32,000 nucleotides of DNA from Pseudothioglobus sp. nBUS_23. Its GTDB lineage: Bacteria; Pseudomonadota; Gammaproteobacteria; PS1; Pseudothioglobaceae. Numbering within the stretch: the stretch's first letter is position 1; every line of letters starts with the position of its first letter. Made by a program: the position numbers and the translations under genes. Below, piece by piece: positions 27,101 to 32,000 of this stretch. The stretch spans positions 180,001 through 212,000 of the forward strand of contig NZ_CP179200.1 in the NCBI RefSeq assembly GCF_051201565.1, read 5' to 3'. Below the pieces are notes generated by a model, which did not search any database, was not told where the DNA came from, and saw nothing but the letters and a program-made list of their open reading frames with translations.

Positions 27101-28629
27101 GCAGAGTCATTACCCATTGAGCCAACTGGATCTCTTAGTTCGCTGACCAGAGGAAGCAACATAAATTGAAGGGTTTCAGTGCTGTAGCCAAATGCTTTAA
27201 GTCTGTTGATCAGAGTATCAGGGTAGAATCCTTTGGAATCGCCTTCTGATGTCAAATCGGCTAACGATATCTGTTGATGACTTAGCCAATCTGCATATGG
27301 GTTCTTGCTTGCAAAGCTATTTTTAATTTCGTTGTCATCAACTAGCTGGCCTTTTTTAAAGTCAACAAGGAACATTTTTCCAGGTCTAAGCCTTCCTTTT
27401 GTTTTGACATTATTTGTTGCAACATCAACAACACCAACTTCAGAAGCCATAATCACGCGATCATCATGAGTGAGATAATATCGTGATGGTCTTAGGCCAT
27501 TTCTGTCGAGTACTGCCCCAATATAGCGTCCATCCGTAAACGCAATTGATGCAGGGCCATCCCAAGGCTCCATTACGTTTGAAAAGTACTCATAGAAGGC
27601 TTTTTTCTCTGAACTCATTTCAGAATCATTCTGCCAAGCCTCTGGCACCATCATCAATACCGCTTCCTGAAGAGATCTGCCGTTCATCAGTAAAAACTCT
27701 AAAACATTATCAAAGCTTCCAGAGTCAGACACCTCAGTTTCTATGACTGGGAGAGTTTTTGAAAGGTTATCGCCAAAGACTTCACTCTCGAGAACCCCTT
27801 CTCGAGCCCTCATCCAGTTGTAATTTCCTTGGCGAGTATTAATTTCACCATTATGAGCCATAAACCTACAAGGCTGAGCCCTGTCCCAGGATGGAAATGT
27901 ATTAGTAGAGAAGCGAGAGTGCACCATCGCCAGATAAGTACTAAATTTTTTATTACTCAGGTCAGTGTAGAAGTCTAATAATTGTGACCCCATGAGCATC
28001 CCTTTGTAGATGATAACTCTAGTTGATAAACTGCAGACATAGAACATCAAGGCCTGAGAAATTGATTCATCAGTTCGTATTATTTTAGAAATATTTTTAC
28101 GAATAACATACAGGACTCCCTCAAAAGTATCCTGATCTAAATTACTAGCATTTTCAATGATAAGCTGCTTAATTTGAGGCTGTGATTCACGTGCTGTGTT
28201 GCCTACATTGGCGAGCTTTGAGTCAACTGGAACGTCTCTCCAGCCAATCAAAGACTGACCTTCTTCTTTAATAATTTTTTCAACTATGGCAATGCAGTAA
28301 TCTCTTTCTTTCTGATCTTGAGGTAAAAAAACATTACCAACACCGTAATGACCAGACGTTACATTAATACCAAAGAGTTTTTTAATTTCGTCAGAGAAAA
28401 ACTCATGTGGAATGTCAGTAAGTATCCCAGCACCATCACCTGTATTTGCCTCACAACCACAGGCACCACGATGGTCCATTCTCGTTAACATCTCTAATGC
28501 ATCTTGAGTAATTTGATGAGATGAGTTGCTTTTAAGGTTAGCAATAAAGCCAACTCCACAGTTTTCCTTCTCATTCTTTGGGTCGTAAAGCCCACGCGCT
28601 TTTGGCAAATGTAATTGCTTATTTTTCAT
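24112..28629 (-). CDS. gltB: Glutamate synthase large (alpha) subunit
   Basis: Ntn-amidotransferase Cys in ...DPKNEKENCGVGFIANL, the FMN domain (SQGAKPGEGGELPG), the 3Fe-4S Cys cluster region (RKCHLNTCPVGIATQD), and a C-terminal GXGXG beta-helix domain. I prefer the ATG at 28627-28629 (MKNKQLHLPKARGLYDP...) over the TTG at 28701 in the ORF track, because it leaves a short propeptide of 22 residues before the catalytic Cys. Confidence 0.93.
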   Translation of the reverse strand: MKNKQLHLPKARGLYDPKNEKENCGVGFIANLKSNSSHQITQDALEMLTRMDHRGACGCEANTGDGAGILTDIPHEFFSDEIKKLFGINVTSGHYGVGNVFLPQDQKERDYCIAIVEKIIKEEGQSLIGWRDVPVDSKLANVGNTARESQPQIKQLIIENASNLDQDTFEGVLYVIRKNISKIIRTDESISQALMFYVCSLSTRVIIYKGMLMGSQLLDFYTDLSNKKFSTYLAMVHSRFSTNTFPSWDRAQPCRFMAHNGEINTRQGNYNWMRAREGVLESEVFGDNLSKTLPVIETEVSDSGSFDNVLEFLLMNGRSLQEAVLMMVPEAWQNDSEMSSEKKAFYEYFSNVMEPWDGPASIAFTDGRYIGAVLDRNGLRPSRYYLTHDDRVIMASEVGVVDVATNNVKTKGRLRPGKMFLVDFKKGQLVDDNEIKNSFASKNPYADWLSHQQISLADLTSEGDSKGFYPDTLINRLKAFGYSTETLQFMLLPLVSELRDPVGSMGNDSALACLSDQSRIIYDYFKQLFAQVTNPAIDSIREEVVMSLSCSIGPEGNLLSNKEENAHRLVVDHPILTNEEMAALNQCDHRGWTSQTIDITYETNSNHNLSDMLDSICEQSTQAIKDGHSLVILSDRNISSDRNAVSSLLASSAVHRHLVANHMRTQVGIIVETGEAREVHHFCLLTGFGADAVNPYLAFEALWQARRDQLINLNDDEEVVRSYRKAIAKGMLKVMAKMGISTLASYKGAQIFEAVGLSDEVMNKCFFETASRISGVGFDVIQQESETQHKKAFLTKSLDNLGHYHWRSGGEKHMWEPQTITSLQQAARGNDQNAYWEFSKKSNEEGTRNCTLRGLMSFKDGHPIDIERVEPAKEIVKRFVTGAMSFGSISAESHESLAIAMNRIGGKSNTGEGGEDSKRWTPDANGDSRRSAIKQVASGRFGVTIDYLNNADELQIKVSQGAKPGEGGELPGGKVDEGIAKIRCSTAGVGLISPPPHHDIYSIEDLSQLIFDLKRSNPDARISVKLVSEVGVGTVAAGVTKAKSDHIVIAGHDGGTGASPLTSIKHAGLPWELGVAETHQTLVMNDLRSRVVIQTDGQLKTGRDVAIAALLGAEEFGFSTAPLITLGCIMMRKCHLNTCPVGIATQDKVLRKKFTGKPEHVVNYLFMVAEELRTIMAELGFSKLTDMVGRVDMLEMNKAINHWKQDSIDLSAILTPAENLYRDAGTYQSIKQDHQLEEQLDLDLIEKSKAAIENDTRIQFESSITNVDRAVGAMLSSHVVKVRQGNNLKEDSIQINFQGSAGQSFGAFLAQGITMSVEGDANDYVGKGLSGGRVIVYPPKDSTYSSENEIIAGNVCGYGATGGELYLSGQVAERFCVRNSGLIAIVEGIGDHGCEYMTGGRAVILGEVGRNFGAGMSGGIAYVYNPNQTLESRANAAMIDFDPMDKESLSELRELTTKHLKYTGSKIAEKILDNWDKEAIHFTKVMPKALKAVLAAQDKKHLKAV

Positions 28630-28766
28630 AAGTATAGAGTCTAAAACGGACACAGACGAACTTTCAATAATACCGTATTTATTGACAAAAATAAACCCCA
28701 AATTATCCCATATCTATTGTTATGAAAGGGATTTTAAGGTAGAATTATTTTCATTTTCCTAGTCAT

Positions 28767-29519
28767 ATGTTAGCAATAATTTCACCTTCAAAAACTCAGG
28801 ATTTTTCTCAATGCAATCTTGATGTCTTTTCTCAAACTAGGCAAATTGAGAGCTCAAATGAGTTAATTGGCATTCTCAAAAACCAAAGTAAATCCCAGAT
28901 TTCAAAATTGCTGTCATTGAGTGAAAAGTTATCCGAACTAAACTTTGATCGTTTTCAGAATTTTCATCTACCCTTTACCCTTAAAAATGCCAAGCAGGCA
29001 ATTCTTGCATTTAAGGGCGATGTATATAACGGGATTAATGCACCTGACCTAACTAATGAAGACTTAGAGTTTGCCCAAGGCAAAGTAAGAATGCTTTCTG
29101 GTCTTTATGGCGTTATAAGGCCTCTTGATTTGATACAGCCATACCGCTTGGAGATGGGTACAAAGCTTAGCAATGAAAAGGGGAACGATCTTTACGACTA
29201 CTGGGGGTCTGATATCAGCAATGTTCTGAATGATGACGAATCTGATTTAATTGTTAACCTTGCATCAAATGAATACTTTAAGGCGATTGATCAAAGTACC
29301 CTCAAAGCAAATATTCTAGATATCGTTTTTAAAGAAAAGAAGGGGGACGCTTATAAGGTTATTGGAATATATGCTAAAAGAGCCAGAGGTTTAATGGTTA
29401 ATTACATTATCAGAAAAAGACTAGAAAACCCTGAAGGCCTAAAAGACTTTTCTGATGAGGGTTATCGATTCGATAAAGATTTATCGAGTGAGTCGTCTTG
29501 GGTCTTTTTGAGGGGTTGA
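28767..29519 (+). CDS. yaaA: YaaA-family (UPF0246) peroxide-stress protein
   Basis: MLAIISPSKTQDF N-terminus, then ...AILAFKGDVY.G..., LSGLYGVIRPLD.IQPYRLEM, and YAKRARGLM. 250 aa. Confidence 0.88.
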   Translation: MLAIISPSKTQDFSQCNLDVFSQTRQIESSNELIGILKNQSKSQISKLLSLSEKLSELNFDRFQNFHLPFTLKNAKQAILAFKGDVYNGINAPDLTNEDLEFAQGKVRMLSGLYGVIRPLDLIQPYRLEMGTKLSNEKGNDLYDYWGSDISNVLNDDESDLIVNLASNEYFKAIDQSTLKANILDIVFKEKKGDAYKVIGIYAKRARGLMVNYIIRKRLENPEGLKDFSDEGYRFDKDLSSESSWVFLRG

Positions 29520-29572
29520 AAGTTACACTATTCATCACTACATAAATCCAACTTACTTAGCTAATAAATTAT

Positions 29573-29839
29573 ATGATTAAAGTGTATACATCGCATTCTT
29601 GTTTCTACTGCACTAGGGCCAAGAACTATTTAGATAATTTGGACATTGAATACGAAACTCTCAATATTCAGGAAGATAGTCAGGCTCGCGATTTTTTTGT
29701 TAAATCCGGTTATAGAACTGTGCCCCAGATTTTTGTAAATGACACTTTGCTTTGTAGCGGTGGATCGGATGGTTTGGTTCAAATGAGCAAGCAGGATATC
29801 CAAGATAAATTCCTTGAGATAACAGGTTCGCCACTCTAA
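29573..29839 (+). CDS. Glutaredoxin-family protein with variant CFYC active site
   Basis: IKVYTSHSCFYCTRAKNYL... (CxxC at the N-terminus of helix 1), the TVPQIFV motif (cis-Pro), and a ...GGSDGL region corresponding to the GGxdD motif. 88 aa. Confidence 0.8.
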   Translation: MIKVYTSHSCFYCTRAKNYLDNLDIEYETLNIQEDSQARDFFVKSGYRTVPQIFVNDTLLCSGGSDGLVQMSKQDIQDKFLEITGSPL

Positions 29840-30747
29840 ACTCCTCTGATACCAGCAATACCTTTTGCGCCAATACTCAATGCCTGTTTCAGAGAGTCAT
29901 TATTCATTCCCCCAAGGAGATAAATAGGTAGTCTGCTTTGAGAGATAATTTCTGAAGCCCTTGTCCATCCAAGAATTTTAGTATCAGGATGAGAGAGAGT
30001 TTTATTAATTGGAGACAGGCTTATATAATCCAAAAACATTTTTTCGGCATGCTTTACTTCTTCTAAATTGTGTGTTGAAGCTCCAATAAGCTTTTCCTCA
30101 GAAAGCTCTTTGGGAGAAAAATTCAAAAGCTCTTGAGTTGTTAGATGCCAACCATCACATGGCTCTCTAAAATTCATTTGGGGCATATTTAAAATAAGCT
30201 TCACACCATTTAACTGACATAATTGATTAAATTTTTCAATGTACTGCTTATCAAGTTGAAGCTTACTTCTGAGTTGAATCATTTTTTTGCCATCAGCAAT
30301 ATGCTGCGAGCATTGCTCAAGAATTGAGTCAGTATTATGATTTTCTGGAGTTATCCAATAACAATCTGGAAGAGATATTTTTTTAATAATTTTCCACATT
30401 GTTGGTAGAAGCTTAAAGTTCATAAAGTTATCAATATTGCACCAAGAGTATTCTTGTCCCTCTTCACCAGAAGGAATTCCAGAGTACTCCTCAATCATAT
30501 ATACCGAGAGATTAATTGTCTTTTCAGGATATTGCTGATGAATTGTCTGAGTCAGGCCGCACTTGATAACTTTGATGCCTGTTTCCTCAAATAGCTCACG
30601 CTTAAGTGCGTCATGATGACTCTCATTGCTTTCTACCTTACCCCCAGGAAGCTCCCAAAAGTCAGGCATAAACTGATTTTTTTGACGCTTAGCAATAAAA
30701 ATATCGCCTGATTCATTTCGTATTATTCCGACTACAACTTCAATCAT
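29836..30747 (-). CDS. mutT: Nudix hydrolase (MutT-like 8-oxo-dGTP diphosphatase) fused to a ThiE/TenI-like TIM-barrel domain
   Basis: Nudix box GGKVESNESHHDALKRELFEETGI lies in the N-terminal ~130 aa. The C-terminal ~170 aa resembles thiamine-phosphate synthase/TenI (…GASTHNLEE…, …YISLSPI…, …PIYLLGGMN…GAKGIAGIRG). This fusion architecture is common in beta/gamma-proteobacterial annotations. Confidence 0.8.
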   Translation of the reverse strand: MIEVVVGIIRNESGDIFIAKRQKNQFMPDFWELPGGKVESNESHHDALKRELFEETGIKVIKCGLTQTIHQQYPEKTINLSVYMIEEYSGIPSGEEGQEYSWCNIDNFMNFKLLPTMWKIIKKISLPDCYWITPENHNTDSILEQCSQHIADGKKMIQLRSKLQLDKQYIEKFNQLCQLNGVKLILNMPQMNFREPCDGWHLTTQELLNFSPKELSEEKLIGASTHNLEEVKHAEKMFLDYISLSPINKTLSHPDTKILGWTRASEIISQSRLPIYLLGGMNNDSLKQALSIGAKGIAGIRGV

Positions 30748-30857
30748 TTTTTTCTAGATTTCATATTAGCTTGATATATTTTATAGATATCTTTACATTA
30801 TCTCTGTCATGATGAGACAAGGTAAAATAACTATTTTAATGTTAGAGATTAGAAAGT

Positions 30858-32000
30858 GAGTCTTCAGGAAAAAATTAATTCACTACATCCATTTAAAGAT
30901 AGTTTAGGTGAAAATCTAATTGGAATAGAAAAGGAAGGGCTTCGCGTTGCCAAAGATGGCACAATTGCACAGACGCCTCATCCAACTAGTTTTGGTTCAG
31001 CGTTGACCCATCCAGAAATTACCACTGACTTTAGTGAGGCATTGGTTGAAATAGTGACGCGTCCCATAAAGGGCGCCACTAATGTCATCGATGAGCTGTC
31101 TAAAATTAACCACTTCATCAATCACCATCTAGAAAATAATGAGCGTTTTTGGCCCGCAAGTATGCCTTGCATATTAAGAGGTAAAACTAATATTCCTATA
31201 GCTTATTATGGTGAGTCCAATCTTGGAAAAATGAAGACAGTTTATCGCCGAGGCTTAGCAAATCGTTACGGTAGCGTTATGCAAGCTATAGCCGGTATTC
31301 ACTTCAACTATTCTTTCTCACTGGAATTTTGGGAGTCTTACCAAAAAACCATTGCATCTGAGAGCAAATTAGATTCTAAAAGATTTATGAGTCGCCACTA
31401 CATGGCGCTCACACGAAATGTATTAAGATATGGCTGGCTGGTGACTTATTTATTTGGCGCCTCAGCTACAGTTTGTAAATCTTTTATGCAAGACTATCAT
31501 GAACACAACTTAGAAGAATTTGATGACAATACCCTTTACCTTCCGTATGCAACGTCTCTAAGAATGGGTGATATTGGTTATCAAAACTCTCAGGAAGACA
31601 AAAAAGGGGTAAAGGCAAACTACAATAGTTTGCGTCATTATATATATAGTCTCAGAGCTGCAATGCAAACCAATTGTGATTCTTGTGAAGCTATTGGTGT
31701 AAAAAAAGATGGAGAGTATCTTCAGCTCAATACTAACATTCTTCAGATTGCTAATGAATACTACTCCTCAGTTAGACCCAAGCCAATAATGAATGGTAGT
31801 GATAGACCTCTTGGCGCACTCTTAAAAGGTGGCGTTGGTTATGTAGAATTAAGATCGCTTGATGTGAACCCCTTAATTAAAGACGGCATAAATGCAGAAC
31901 AGGTCCAGTTTCTAGAATCATTTATGTTGTTTTGCCTGTTAGAGGACTCACCTGTTGTTTCTACTGAGCAGATATATGAAATAGATATAAATGCTAACTT
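30858..32000 (+). CDS. gshA: Glutamate-cysteine ligase (E. coli type), N-terminal 381 codons; 3' end beyond the window
   Basis: Not in the ORF track because it runs off the window. GTG at 30858 follows an in-frame TAG at 30852-30854. The translation ...IGIEKEGLRVAKDGTIAQTPHP..FGSALTHPEITTDFSEALVEIVT..., YRRGLANRYGSVMQAIAGIHFNYS, YLPYATSLRMGDIGYQN, and YVELRSLDVNP tracks my recollection of E. coli GshA. Confidence 0.9.

Noticed and set aside
28630-28701. A 24-codon N-terminal extension of gltB from the TTG at 28701, as given in the ORF track.
   Set aside because: The extension (MGFIFVNKYGIIESSSVSVLDSIL) has no counterpart in GltB proteins as I know them. The ATG at 28627-28629 gives a typical short propeptide before the catalytic Cys. 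The 28630-28766 region is more plausibly the divergent gltB/yaaA promoter region.
1-32000. A scan by eye for tRNA or rRNA (e.g. the GGTTCGAATCC T-arm), CRISPR-like spaced direct repeats, IS terminal inverted repeats or transposases, integrases, and long duplicated segments.
   Set aside because: None was found. This was a manual scan only, so tRNAscan-SE, Infernal, ISEScan and a self-dot-plot would be needed to make the negative result firm.

Overview
This is a densely packed, AT-rich chromosomal segment: about 95% coding by my own gene calls, with a median gene junction of roughly 40 bp. It looks like a streamlined Gram-negative genome. Gene content is gamma/beta-proteobacterium-like (E. coli-type metC and gshA, yceF-mfd, trpA-accD, a MutT/ThiE-like fusion), but I cannot name the organism from sequence alone. 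I call 28 confident protein genes plus one doubtful small ORF. Nearly all are core housekeeping genes. In order they are: argS (5' end outside the window), an AddA/RecB-type helicase-nuclease, metC, a TauD-family dioxygenase, an MFS transporter, glmU, a MIP-family channel plus thioredoxin-type arsC, a DUF47/PiT phosphate-transporter pair, an ibaG-like BolA gene, rpmE, hemE, trpA, accD, ispH, an adenosine-kinase-like PfkB kinase, a mini winged-helix protein, a polytopic membrane protein, mfd, yceF (maf), folA, a 60-aa lipoprotein, gltB, yaaA, a glutaredoxin, the MutT/ThiE-like fusion, and gshA (3' end outside the window). By eye I found no tRNA or rRNA, no transposase or integrase, no CRISPR array, no long repeats, and no recognisable defence or toxin genes. 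Only two convincing intrinsic terminators are present. I do not see a clear multi-gene novel system. The best candidate for something undescribed is the 18.05-19.37 kb locus. It holds a 93-aa MarR-like mini wHTH protein, the longest non-coding gap in the window (309 nt, with a possible H-type pseudoknot and a Cys-rich sORF), and a 191-aa six-TM protein of unknown function. Secondary points of interest are: a minimal aquaporin-arsC arsenic module next to the Pit phosphate/arsenate uptake genes; an orphan AddA-like helicase-nuclease whose start overlaps the argS stop; a glmU-MFS-tauD cluster; three convergent gene pairs whose stop codons abut or overlap, leaving no room for terminators; unlinked trpA and gltB (no trpB or gltD beside them); and a glutaredoxin with a CFYC active site.
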